This document shows positions 15,771 through 24,057 of a stretch of DNA of 64,000 bases, one piece after another. A program made the position numbers and the translations under genes. Below the pieces are notes generated by a model. It had not been told where the DNA came from and ran no database searches. It was given only the letters and a program-made list of their open reading frames with translations. Position 1 is the first letter of the stretch, and every line of letters starts with the position of its first letter. The DNA comes from a virus. The stretch lies in the IMG/VR virus record IMGVR_UViG_3300009503_000002; one strand, 5' to 3'.

Positions 15771-15860
15771 GTCCCTCCCCCCACTCCCCTCCCCCACTCC
15801 TCTCAACGTCCTCTCTTCCCTATTCCGGCTATGGGTTACGGGCTCCGGACTTCTATATAA

Positions 15861-16255
15861 CACCATGGTACTATAATACCATGGTACCATGTTAACATGT
15901 ATACCATGATATATATATAGCGCCTTAAAACTTTAAAACACCTTTTAAAGGTTTTAAAACTTTTAAAGGTTTAAAACACTTCTCTTCATGGACTATAACA
16001 CCATGGTAATACACCATGGTACCATGGTAATACACCATGGTAATACACCATGGTAATATATATAGAGCGTTAAAAGTTTAAAAGCCCTTTTAAAGGTTTT
16101 AAAGGTTTAAAAGGTTTTAAAACACCCGAACACCATTTAAAACTTTTAAAGCCCTTTAAAGAGTTTTAAAAGTATATAGAACACCCCATACACCTTTTAA
16201 AGGTTTTAAAAACATCAACACCCAGACACCTTTTAAAGCTTTAAAAGGATTACGG
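15861..16255. repeat. iteron/AT-rich repeat region, putative replication origin (or partition/packaging site)
   Basis: Two modules, each with ACCATGGTA-core repeats, then a TATATATA tract, then many TTTAAA/CCTTTTAAAGG units. The second module has the 13-bp unit ACACCATGGTAAT in tandem 4-5 times (15998-16057). Non-coding, and sits between replication-type genes. Confidence 0.6.
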
Positions 16256-16328
16256 CACCCATACACCTATCACCTAACACCTTCCCTAATCTTGCAACAA
16301 ATGCGTACCCTACACAAACAGTTGTGCC

Positions 16329-16357
16329 TTTACATCCCGACACATCCAGAGTATAAT
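16329..16357 (+). promoter_or_regulatory. sigma70-type promoter of the replication/recombination module
   Basis: TTTACA (16329-16334), 17 nt, TATAAT (16352-16357). Confidence 0.6.
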
Positions 16358-16408
16358 CAGGGCGCAAAACAGGGCGTAGGGAAACGACCTAAAATGGAAA
16401 GGAGTACC

Positions 16409-16960
16409 ATGCTAGACGAATATTTCAAGAAACGACAGGAGTTCATCATCGGGCAAATCACAAACCTCTCCCTCACCGAGCAAGAGTACGGCCCTCGGAT
16501 TGTCGTAGAGATTACGCCAATCGGTGAAACCACCCCTACTCTCCTCTTCTTCTCTGCTTCCACACATCGCCGCTCGAAGTGGCAGCGCTGGCTTAGCATG
16601 ATGCGGAAACTCAACCCTAACATCAATTCCGCTAACGACCTCATCAAGCAAATCGTGAAGCTGGAGCTAATCGAGGAGACCTACAACGTAGAGGGAAATT
16701 CCCAGATTTCGGAATTCTGGGTGCCCCGCAAAATCTACACATCCGAAGCTGAGGCTCTTGCCGACAGCGATTTCGTGCCCGCTGGGGAACGGCTTGGCCT
16801 CCGTCCTACCGAAACTAAGGCCGCCCTCCCACCCGAAATCGTGATGGCTGCGAAAGCTCTCTACGCTAACCTCCATGATGTCAACGCCTTCCGCATCGTG
16901 GCTGGTCAGTCCTGGCCACAGTACAACGTAGAGGAACTAATCGCAGCAGCCACCAGCTAG
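16409..16960 (+). CDS. hypothetical protein
   Basis: ATG 16409 follows GGAAAGGAG. The ORF-track start at 16292 lies upstream of the promoter. Confidence 0.55.
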   Translation: MLDEYFKKRQEFIIGQITNLSLTEQEYGPRIVVEITPIGETTPTLLFFSASTHRRSKWQRWLSMMRKLNPNINSANDLIKQIVKLELIEETYNVEGNSQISEFWVPRKIYTSEAEALADSDFVPAGERLGLRPTETKAALPPEIVMAAKALYANLHDVNAFRIVAGQSWPQYNVEELIAAATS

Positions 16961-16992
16961 CCTTTGCACACCCGAAGCAGCTTCCTGGAACT

Positions 16993-17643
16993 ATGTACAT
17001 TCTTGACACCCGTGAGCCTAAGTCCGTCCATCAGGAGCTTTCAGAAGTCATGGGCGAAGCACCAGTCCGCCACTCCCTTACCGCAGGCGACATCTTGTTC
17101 CCCTCCGAGGGGCTTCTCATCGAGCGCAAAACTGTCCTTGACTTCGCCAGTTCACTAGCAGACGGACGGCTTACCGAGCAGTGTCGGAGCATCTCAAATC
17201 TCAATATCCGTTTCCCGGCCCTCTTAGTTCATGGAAGCCTGCTTCCTAACCGTGATGGGCTAGCAGTCCTCGATGGCCGCGTTTCAGGCTGGAACTTCTG
17301 GTCACTCCAGATGGCTTTGGTCTCAGTCCAGCTCGCAGGTTTGCTCGTCATCACCGTTCCACATTCCATCTGGCCAGAAGCCGTCAAATACCTATCCGAA
17401 TGGGCCCGAAAGTCTCAGCACCTCAAAGCCAAGCCCTTCGAGGCACATCTCTGGCAACAAGGCCCAGCACTTCAAATCCTCACCACCTTGACCGGAAGTT
17501 CCAGCCGCGCGAGCCAAGTCGCCCAGAACTACCCTAACCTCCTCCAAGCCATCAACGACTTCGAGAACTGGTCTAGCCTAAAAGGCATCGGCCCTCATAC
17601 GATGAACCGTATCACTTCCATCCTAAAGGAGCGGATAAGATGA
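16993..17643 (+). CDS. ERCC4/XPF-Mus81-type nuclease with a C-terminal helix-hairpin-helix
   Basis: GDILFPSEGLLIERKTVLDFASSLADGRLTEQ is the GD..ERK..D..S signature. LKGIGPHTMNRITSIL is an HhH. Confidence 0.75.
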   Translation: MYILDTREPKSVHQELSEVMGEAPVRHSLTAGDILFPSEGLLIERKTVLDFASSLADGRLTEQCRSISNLNIRFPALLVHGSLLPNRDGLAVLDGRVSGWNFWSLQMALVSVQLAGLLVITVPHSIWPEAVKYLSEWARKSQHLKAKPFEAHLWQQGPALQILTTLTGSSSRASQVAQNYPNLLQAINDFENWSSLKGIGPHTMNRITSILKERIR

Positions 17644-18710
17644 GAACTTATGATGATGTCTTTCCACCGGGGAGCGTCAGGCCGTATGGCTTGTTCCACG
17701 TCTGCGGACGCCCTGGTGTTGGCAAGTCAACGTTCTGTATCACCGTAGGCGTTTCGCCAGATAGGATTGCGGTTTTCGATTTTGAGAGTTCCTTATCTGG
17801 CGCTCACAGCGCCCTTCACTTCCGCGTCTATCACAACATGGTTGCCGAGTGGACGAAAGACCGTGGCCTCACTGCGCCGCAGCGGGAACTCTACGGCCAT
17901 ATGCTTCGTCTCATCAGCGACTTACCAGAGGGGATTGACTTAATCGTAGTAGATAACATCGAACCGCTAGAAAATGCCCTCGAAGACGCCGTTGAATCAA
18001 ACCCTGAGGCCTACGGCCTTACACAGAGCCAGCTAACTCTCATGAGTGCACTGAAGTGGGGCGCAATCAAACGGCTTTACGCAACACTCATCCAGTTTAT
18101 GTTAGCGAAAGCACCGCTTGTCGGTTTCACATCTCACCTGCGACAGGTCTGGGCGGGCAAGGCCCCTGTGCCAGGTCTCTTCCAGCCACGTGGAAAATCC
18201 GACTTGCTGGAAGCACAGACATTCCTTCGCTTATGGCTGCAGTTTCGACCCGAAGGCCCCGAACCTGCCGCGCTTGTGCTAAAATCCCGTTTGGCTAAGT
18301 ATCAAGTTCAGCCCGACGGCTCGGTAATCCCACAGCCCGTGCTTCCACGCCGTCTCCCTATCGCAACCTGGTCTAAAATCCGCGAATATTTCGAGCACCC
18401 AGCCGACCTTGCCCATCCAGCACCAGGCGAAGCGCTGAGTGAAGAGGAGATTAACTCCCTGCGCGGCACACTCTCGAAAGAGCAGCTTGACTTCGTTCGC
18501 GCAATCCTGAAGTCCAGCACCGTAGACGAAGAGGAAGCGTCAGTAGTCCCAACAGGGCCGAAACTTCCCGCTAACCCAGCCGAGTTCGTCATTCGGGTAA
18601 TGGAAGACTTTGGCCTGACACTTGAGACAGCGCTTGCTAAGCTCGGCAAGAAAATCACAGAGCTTGACCCTGCCCAGGATTACACTAAGCTACAAGCTAT
18701 CTTACAGTAA
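17640..18710 (+). CDS. RecA-fold P-loop ATPase (AAA_24/Sak4-like) with a C-terminal extension
   Basis: Walker A GRPGVGKST and Walker B LIVVDNIE. ATGA overlap with the nuclease gene. Confidence 0.6.
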   Translation: MRTYDDVFPPGSVRPYGLFHVCGRPGVGKSTFCITVGVSPDRIAVFDFESSLSGAHSALHFRVYHNMVAEWTKDRGLTAPQRELYGHMLRLISDLPEGIDLIVVDNIEPLENALEDAVESNPEAYGLTQSQLTLMSALKWGAIKRLYATLIQFMLAKAPLVGFTSHLRQVWAGKAPVPGLFQPRGKSDLLEAQTFLRLWLQFRPEGPEPAALVLKSRLAKYQVQPDGSVIPQPVLPRRLPIATWSKIREYFEHPADLAHPAPGEALSEEEINSLRGTLSKEQLDFVRAILKSSTVDEEEASVVPTGPKLPANPAEFVIRVMEDFGLTLETALAKLGKKITELDPAQDYTKLQAILQ

Positions 18711-18721
18711 GGAGGGCTCTT

Positions 18722-19075
18722 ATGAAACAACAACAGCGCCGTTTCATAGGGGCCTTCCTTCCACTAGATGTCTTTGAAGCTTTCGAGGGGACACGGGCTG
18801 AACGAGGCATCGCAACCCGCTCGGAGGCAGTTTTGGAGGCAATTGTCTTCTGGCTCACGATGAAACCACCTACAACAGGCATCCGCCGCACTATCGCTGA
18901 GGCAGTTCAACTCGTATCAACGGGCCGCGCAGCTAGAGCCGCTCTCGATGCCGCAATCTGGGAGTGGCGGATGTCCAAGAACGAGGAGTTGCTCGTTCGT
19001 ATCGTAGAGCTCGCTGCCCAGGTTAAAAAGGAACTTCCGCCTGATATCCAGGATTACCTTGCGTCCAAGAAATAA
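18722..19075 (+). CDS. hypothetical protein, possible ribbon-helix-helix N-terminus
   Basis: RBS AAGGAGG. FIGAFLPLDVFEAFEGTRAERGIATRSEAVLEAIVFWL is RHH-like. Confidence 0.5.
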   Translation: MKQQQRRFIGAFLPLDVFEAFEGTRAERGIATRSEAVLEAIVFWLTMKPPTTGIRRTIAEAVQLVSTGRAARAALDAAIWEWRMSKNEELLVRIVELAAQVKKELPPDIQDYLASKK

Positions 19076-19078
19076 GCC

Positions 19079-20605
19079 ATGCAATCACCAACCGACGTGG
19101 GACTTCCATTTGAGAAGTGGCGCCCAGGCCAGCAAGAGATGGTCTCAGCAGCCATCTCAAACCACAGCTTGCTGATTATCGAAGCGCCAACAGGCCTGGG
19201 GAAGTCCGCTAACCCCGGTGCAAGCGCATATTTCCAGCCGACTATCGTGATGGTAGCCACACGTGAGCTCCAACAGCAATACGCAAGTTCTTTCCACTTC
19301 CTTCCCATCGTCTGGGGCCAAGAACACTACGCTTGTATTCTACCATCCTTTGTGAGCTACTGGCGCGAGGCATACGGCGAGACTCCCACTCGCCTAGACT
19401 GTCCATATGAACGGCCTAGTGACTGTACACTTGCTGATGATTGCCCCTATGAAAAGGCTAAACACTTCGCCATGGAAAAGCAGCGCCTCGTCACAAATTA
19501 CGCCTATGCATTCTGGACTGAGTGGTGGCGTTCTATCTCCGAAATACCACCCCATTTGTACCTCGACGAAGCACATATGATACCGGACACAATTTGTGGA
19601 CTGTTGACATTTTCGATTCAGCTAAGTACAATTAGAAAGTACAAATTAGACGACCCACCCTTTCTGGCGGGCTCCAATCCCGATGTTGTTCACGATGCGG
19701 CCCGCTGGTGCGAAGAGGCCGCTTCTCAACTCGAACGTTGCCTAGAGAGCTGTTCTGAAAGAGAACAGAAGACAGTCAAGCGCCGTGTGCAATCCCTCTC
19801 TTTTCTCGCTGAACACTTGTCTGAAGCGGGTGAGGATGAGTGGTACATTTTATCTGGCATCTCCCACGACGGCTTCCAAGCCAAGCCCTGCGTTCTGCTC
19901 CCTGAGATTACCCGTCGGATTATGCCACCCGATTGGCCTACTGTCTTGATGTCTGCCACAATTGGAAATCCCCAAGCGCTCTTAGCCGAGCTTGGGTTTC
20001 CAGATGTTCCTTTTGAGTTCCGCACCTTCCCGCACCCTTTTGCACGGGAGTCACGGCCCGTCATCTTTATCAAGAACTCACCACCGCTCTCTAAACACTC
20101 CACACCGCGGGATTATGAGGCGCAGGCTTGGCTCATCCAACGCATTCTCCAGAACCATCCAGGTCAGCGCGGCATCATCCACACAGCATCTTGGTTTCAC
20201 GCTGAAGACCTAGCTAAACGCCTGTCCGTCCATTTCCCAAACCGTATCTTCCTTCCGCGTGGGGTTGACCGTGTAGAGGCAGTGGCAGAGTTCGTCAACC
20301 GCGGCCCAGACACAGTCGCCATCAGCCCATCCTGGTCGCACGGACTTGACCTTCACGATGACCTTGCCCGTTTCTCCATTATCGCAAAAGTCCCATTCCC
20401 CAACTTAGGAGACCCGATTGTCGCAACTAAGCTCAAGCGGTTAGGGCGTGCTTGGTACGACTGGCGCGCTGCCATCAGCATAGTTCAGGCCGCAGGCCGT
20501 ATCGTCCGCCACGAGCAGGACTGGGGCATCACGTATATCGTGGATGGCCACTGGCCACGTGTGAAACGTTTCGCACCACCCTGGTTTGAGGTGAATGAGA
20601 TATGA
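19079..20605 (+). CDS. DinG/XPD (Rad3)-family ATP-dependent DNA helicase
   Basis: EAPTGLGKS (Walker A), YLDEAHM (DEAH), four Cys in the Fe-S position (ACIL, LDCPY, SDCTL, DDCPY), and a C-terminal helicase domain ending QAAGRIVRH. Confidence 0.85.
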   Translation: MQSPTDVGLPFEKWRPGQQEMVSAAISNHSLLIIEAPTGLGKSANPGASAYFQPTIVMVATRELQQQYASSFHFLPIVWGQEHYACILPSFVSYWREAYGETPTRLDCPYERPSDCTLADDCPYEKAKHFAMEKQRLVTNYAYAFWTEWWRSISEIPPHLYLDEAHMIPDTICGLLTFSIQLSTIRKYKLDDPPFLAGSNPDVVHDAARWCEEAASQLERCLESCSEREQKTVKRRVQSLSFLAEHLSEAGEDEWYILSGISHDGFQAKPCVLLPEITRRIMPPDWPTVLMSATIGNPQALLAELGFPDVPFEFRTFPHPFARESRPVIFIKNSPPLSKHSTPRDYEAQAWLIQRILQNHPGQRGIIHTASWFHAEDLAKRLSVHFPNRIFLPRGVDRVEAVAEFVNRGPDTVAISPSWSHGLDLHDDLARFSIIAKVPFPNLGDPIVATKLKRLGRAWYDWRAAISIVQAAGRIVRHEQDWGITYIVDGHWPRVKRFAPPWFEVNEI

Positions 20606-20856
20606 GCAATGAAAACAGTCAGATTATCCAGGTCTTCAACTCTCTTGAGCGGTCTGTTCAAACCGAACTGCTCCGCACTATTTGGCGCAAGTCTGACCCA
20701 CGTCTCAAGCGCTTTCTGGAGAGCTTCGCAAACCAGTTCGCAGGGATGAGTGAGTTCGGAGCTCTTGAGTTACTTCTAAAAGTGACAGTTTACCTAGATG
20801 AGCTCGAAGGAGGCAACCATGCAGAAACCAGGACATGCCACGAAAGCACAGGTTAA
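20602..20856 (+). CDS. hypothetical small protein
   Basis: ATGA overlap with the helicase stop. 84 aa. Confidence 0.45.
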   Translation: MSNENSQIIQVFNSLERSVQTELLRTIWRKSDPRLKRFLESFANQFAGMSEFGALELLLKVTVYLDELEGGNHAETRTCHESTG

Positions 20857-21394
20857 GCAGGCCGTTAGGAAACAAGTGGAGCAGCTCTTAACTCCTCAAC
20901 AGGCTGCCCGCATGCTGGGTGTGTCAGTCCAACGCTTGATGCAGCTCGTGAACAACGGGACGCTGCATCCTATCAGGACACCAGGAGGTCATCGACGTTA
21001 CCTCTACTCTGAGATTAAGGACTTCTTCTCGAAGCTTGAGTTTCCAGTTGCGCTCTACATTCACGTCCAGCCTTATGCTCATGCTGACGAGGCTGAATTG
21101 GAAGCACTTAGGCAAGCAGCCGAGAGGTCCCGCCTCGTAGTCCGGGAGGTCATTGAGGAGAGCACATCCAACCTAGTGCTTCCCCTGCCTGAGCGCCCAG
21201 GCTTCCTTCAGCTCGTAAACCTAGCCTCGGAAAGGAAAATCCGTGGCTTTCTAGTGGACGCAGTCCCTTATATCAGCAACATGAGTGTTGTTCCATGGTT
21301 ATTAGTGCTTGCTCGACTTGGCTTAGTCTGCTTCGAAGTCCCACGTGGAACAGAAGTCGCAGTCCCATTTCCCTATCAGGAGATTGAATGGTGA
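20819..21394 (+). CDS. MerR/excisionase-type HTH fused to a degenerate serine-recombinase (resolvase) catalytic domain
   Basis: ATG 20819 follows GAAGGAGG. LTPQQAARMLGVSVQRLMQLVNNGTLHPIRTPGGHRRY matches the IS607-TnpA-type HTH. The following VALYIHVQPYAH...ERPGF...FLVDAVPYISN aligns to the resolvase fold, but the nucleophile Ser and the DRLxR motif are replaced. Confidence 0.6.
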   Translation: MQKPGHATKAQVKQAVRKQVEQLLTPQQAARMLGVSVQRLMQLVNNGTLHPIRTPGGHRRYLYSEIKDFFSKLEFPVALYIHVQPYAHADEAELEALRQAAERSRLVVREVIEESTSNLVLPLPERPGFLQLVNLASERKIRGFLVDAVPYISNMSVVPWLLVLARLGLVCFEVPRGTEVAVPFPYQEIEW

Positions 21395-22101
21395 ACACAG
21401 GACGTTACTACACCATAAACGGCCAGAAGTACCCTTCTGTAACAACTATTCTGAGCGTCCTAAACAAGCCATTCCTGTTAGAGTGGGCAGTAGCACAGGC
21501 GTTTGAGAAAATGACACAGGACCCGCAATTCACCGCCTCCCTTCTTCTCACACAGCCTCAAGCTCTCAAAAAGTTCTTTGGTTCAGCGGCAGATGAGGTT
21601 CGCGACGAGGCCGCCGAGGTAGGCCGCGGCTTTCATGAGGAAGCCGCCCATTCCCTTCAAACTGGCATCGAAACTGTTGCAGGCAATCGAGTTTCCCAAC
21701 TTCTATCAGAACTCTCCTTAACCCATACTTACAGTGAGGTAGTTGTCCATTCCCGAACTCACTCTTACGCTGGCACGCTGGACATCTTAGCTCTAGACCA
21801 GAAGGGCCAGCATGTGGTGATTGATATCAAAACAGGTCGCTCTGTCCACCTAGAGCATTTTCTCCAAGTTTCTGCTTACGCTTCCGCCGAGTTCCTGGCC
21901 GATACTTTTATGCCGCCTGTGGCATATGGCTTAATTTTCCACATCCGCGAGGCTAGCACAGTCTATCACGTCAACGTCCACGAGCTCTTTCCAACCTTCC
22001 TCGCGGCCCTAAACCTCTTTCGCTTCGCCGAAAGTTTCAAACCCAGTGCCTACAAAATCATCACAATCCAGCCACCTTCCCAATCGTCTGCCGATAAATA
22101 G
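21388..22101 (+). CDS. PD-(D/E)XK nuclease (RecB/Cas4-like exonuclease without a Cys cluster)
   Basis: YAGTLDILALDQKGQHVVIDIKTGRS...QVSAY carries the D...D/E-x-K...Q..Y signature. Confidence 0.7.
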   Translation: MVNTGRYYTINGQKYPSVTTILSVLNKPFLLEWAVAQAFEKMTQDPQFTASLLLTQPQALKKFFGSAADEVRDEAAEVGRGFHEEAAHSLQTGIETVAGNRVSQLLSELSLTHTYSEVVVHSRTHSYAGTLDILALDQKGQHVVIDIKTGRSVHLEHFLQVSAYASAEFLADTFMPPVAYGLIFHIREASTVYHVNVHELFPTFLAALNLFRFAESFKPSAYKIITIQPPSQSSADK

Positions 22102-22130
22102 TTGACAGTTCTACCAAATTAACTTATACT
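22102..22130 (+). promoter_or_regulatory. sigma70-type promoter of the late/packaging operon
   Basis: TTGACA (22102-22107), 17 nt, TATACT (22125-22130). ATG 22140 lies only 9 nt downstream. Confidence 0.5.
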
Positions 22131-22139
22131 CCCTATTCG

Positions 22140-23678
22140 ATGGAAGGGTTAGAGCTCGACAAGCTTGTAGAGCGGGAGCTGCGGCGTGGCATGCGGTCAA
22201 CCGTCATCAAGACGAACTTTAAACCGCTGGAGATTGCGCGCGCAGCATTCCCCTGGACATGGGCATCGTACCAGAAAGATATCCTCGTAACACTTCTCTC
22301 TTCTTCCTGGAACCGAATGGTCATCCTCGCACCACCTCGGCACCGGAAAACTTCCTGTGTAGCTCTCTGGGCAGCGCTTGAACTGGGCAAAAACCCACAC
22401 CAGCGGATTATGGTTGCGTCTCACACACGGGACTACTCAGCCCTGCTTCTCAACCAGATTGAGGAGATAATGAAAACGCCTATCTACCGTAGGACATTCG
22501 GTGATATCCTCCCTTCTCAGTGTTACGCTGGCCAGTCAGACCAGGGCGCTTCGTTGACTTCTTCGGTTGCCCGCTGGACGACATACGAGCGCCACTTACC
22601 CAACAGGCCCGTGCACATCAAAGACCCCTCGCTTCTAGCACTCTCGCCTGAGTCGGGGACGCCAGGCTTTGGAGCCGACATCATCATCTGCGATGACCTA
22701 GTGAGCCAGGCCAACTCTTCGTCCGAGACAAAACGTCGGAACTTAGAACACTGGTTCCGTGCGTCTCTCCTCAAGCGGCTGGAGCCAAACGGCAGGTGCG
22801 TGGTAGTCGGTGCCCGCTTCTACAAAGATGACCTCTACGGTGTTTTGCTCAAGGAAGGTTGGACTGCAAAAGTCTATCGTGCATCACCAGACGCCCCGCT
22901 CTGGCCAGAAGTATGGCCTGCAGAATCCCTCCGCCAGAAGCAGCTCGAAGACCCAATCTTCTACCCAGCCCAGTATCTGCAAGACCCACAGGAAGTTGGA
23001 AGTGGCGAGTTCGACCCATCCTGGTTTCAGTTCTATACACAACCACCGCCTGTTACCGAAATGTCAATCTTCGGAGGGATTGACCCTGCCATCACTGAGG
23101 GCACTGGCTCAAGTGTCGCATATGCAGTTGTTGGCAGGACAGCAAGCGGCCAGATTCTGCTTCTCGACCTTGCCCAAGAGAGCCTCCGAGGTTCCCAGCT
23201 TCTCAACATTGTAAATCTAATCCAGGATGCCTGGGCTCCTGTAGCCATCGCATTTGAATCGAACGGCCCGCAGCAGACAATCTTAGAGATGTTACAAGCA
23301 GACCCCAACCTTCGCCCTGGGACCAACCTAATCGGAGTCCCATCCCTCGTCTCGAAATACCTCAGGCTTACGAGCATTGCGGCATATGCTCGTTCGGGGA
23401 AGATACTGCTTCCTGCTACGTTCTCTCACAACGGCGAACTTATCCCGGCAGAGATTTCATCAACTCTCCTGGAAGCTTGGGCCCGTTTTCCAGGTGGTAA
23501 GCAAGACATACTAGATGCATTTGAGAAAGCTACTACGATGGCCTTACAGGGCCCGCTCCCTGCGATGTCAACCACTAGCATTCGCCAGAACCCCAGGCGA
23601 GGCCGTTCTGCAATGGGCAAGTCGTTCCCAAGGGTGTTCGACCATGTAAAGCCAAATGTCCTCTCTCCAGCAGATTGA
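22140..23678 (+). CDS. terminase large subunit
   Basis: 512 aa. N-terminal ATPase (LAPPRHRKTS P-loop-like, ADIIICDDL Walker B). C-terminal RNaseH-like nuclease (FGGIDPA..., AIAFESNG). Sits at the head of the structural module. Confidence 0.8.
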   Translation: MEGLELDKLVERELRRGMRSTVIKTNFKPLEIARAAFPWTWASYQKDILVTLLSSSWNRMVILAPPRHRKTSCVALWAALELGKNPHQRIMVASHTRDYSALLLNQIEEIMKTPIYRRTFGDILPSQCYAGQSDQGASLTSSVARWTTYERHLPNRPVHIKDPSLLALSPESGTPGFGADIIICDDLVSQANSSSETKRRNLEHWFRASLLKRLEPNGRCVVVGARFYKDDLYGVLLKEGWTAKVYRASPDAPLWPEVWPAESLRQKQLEDPIFYPAQYLQDPQEVGSGEFDPSWFQFYTQPPPVTEMSIFGGIDPAITEGTGSSVAYAVVGRTASGQILLLDLAQESLRGSQLLNIVNLIQDAWAPVAIAFESNGPQQTILEMLQADPNLRPGTNLIGVPSLVSKYLRLTSIAAYARSGKILLPATFSHNGELIPAEISSTLLEAWARFPGGKQDILDAFEKATTMALQGPLPAMSTTSIRQNPRRGRSAMGKSFPRVFDHVKPNVLSPAD

Positions 23679-23688
23679 AGGAGGCAAG

Positions 23689-24045
23689 ATGCGAAAACTA
23701 ATAGCACTGCTTAATAAACTTAGGGAGACACGAAGCCCAGTCTTCACCGAAATTGGGATAAAGCCAGGCGTTGCGGTGAAATTGCGGGATTTTGAGAGCA
23801 CGTTTGGCTCGTTCCGCATCTGGCTTGACTTACACAACGTTCACAGCGGCGATGAGTTCCTGCTCAAGGTTTATATCAGGCCAGCGCCAGGTTCTGAGCT
23901 TCTTCTCTTCGAGTCAACCTCAATCAAGGACACACCAGAGGAGTTAGTAGGTTTTTCGGTAGGGTCCTGCAGTGGCTTCCAGCTCGAACTTCAGATGGTC
24001 AGCGGACGTCCTCTCACAATCCCAATCTCAGTATACCCGCTGTAA
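23689..24045 (+). CDS. hypothetical protein
   Basis: ATG 23689 follows GAAGGAGG. 118 aa. Confidence 0.5.
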   Translation: MRKLIALLNKLRETRSPVFTEIGIKPGVAVKLRDFESTFGSFRIWLDLHNVHSGDEFLLKVYIRPAPGSELLLFESTSIKDTPEELVGFSVGSCSGFQLELQMVSGRPLTIPISVYPL

Positions 24046-24057
24046 AGGAGTGGAGAA

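Noticed and set aside
15640-15876. 78-aa ORF spanning the promoter/terminator pair
   Set aside because: It runs through an intrinsic terminator hairpin and a polypyrimidine tract and has no RBS. A short non-coding transcript is more likely.
15861-16255. Possible CRISPR array
   Set aside because: The repeats are short (9-13 bp), directly abutting or irregularly spaced, AT-rich and of several kinds. There is no constant repeat/spacer periodicity and there are no cas genes. An origin-like iteron region fits better.
20819-21394. IS607-family insertion sequence
   Set aside because: Only a single short gene is present, with the recombinase nucleophile and the DRLxR motif replaced. There is no TnpB-like partner gene and no evident element ends.
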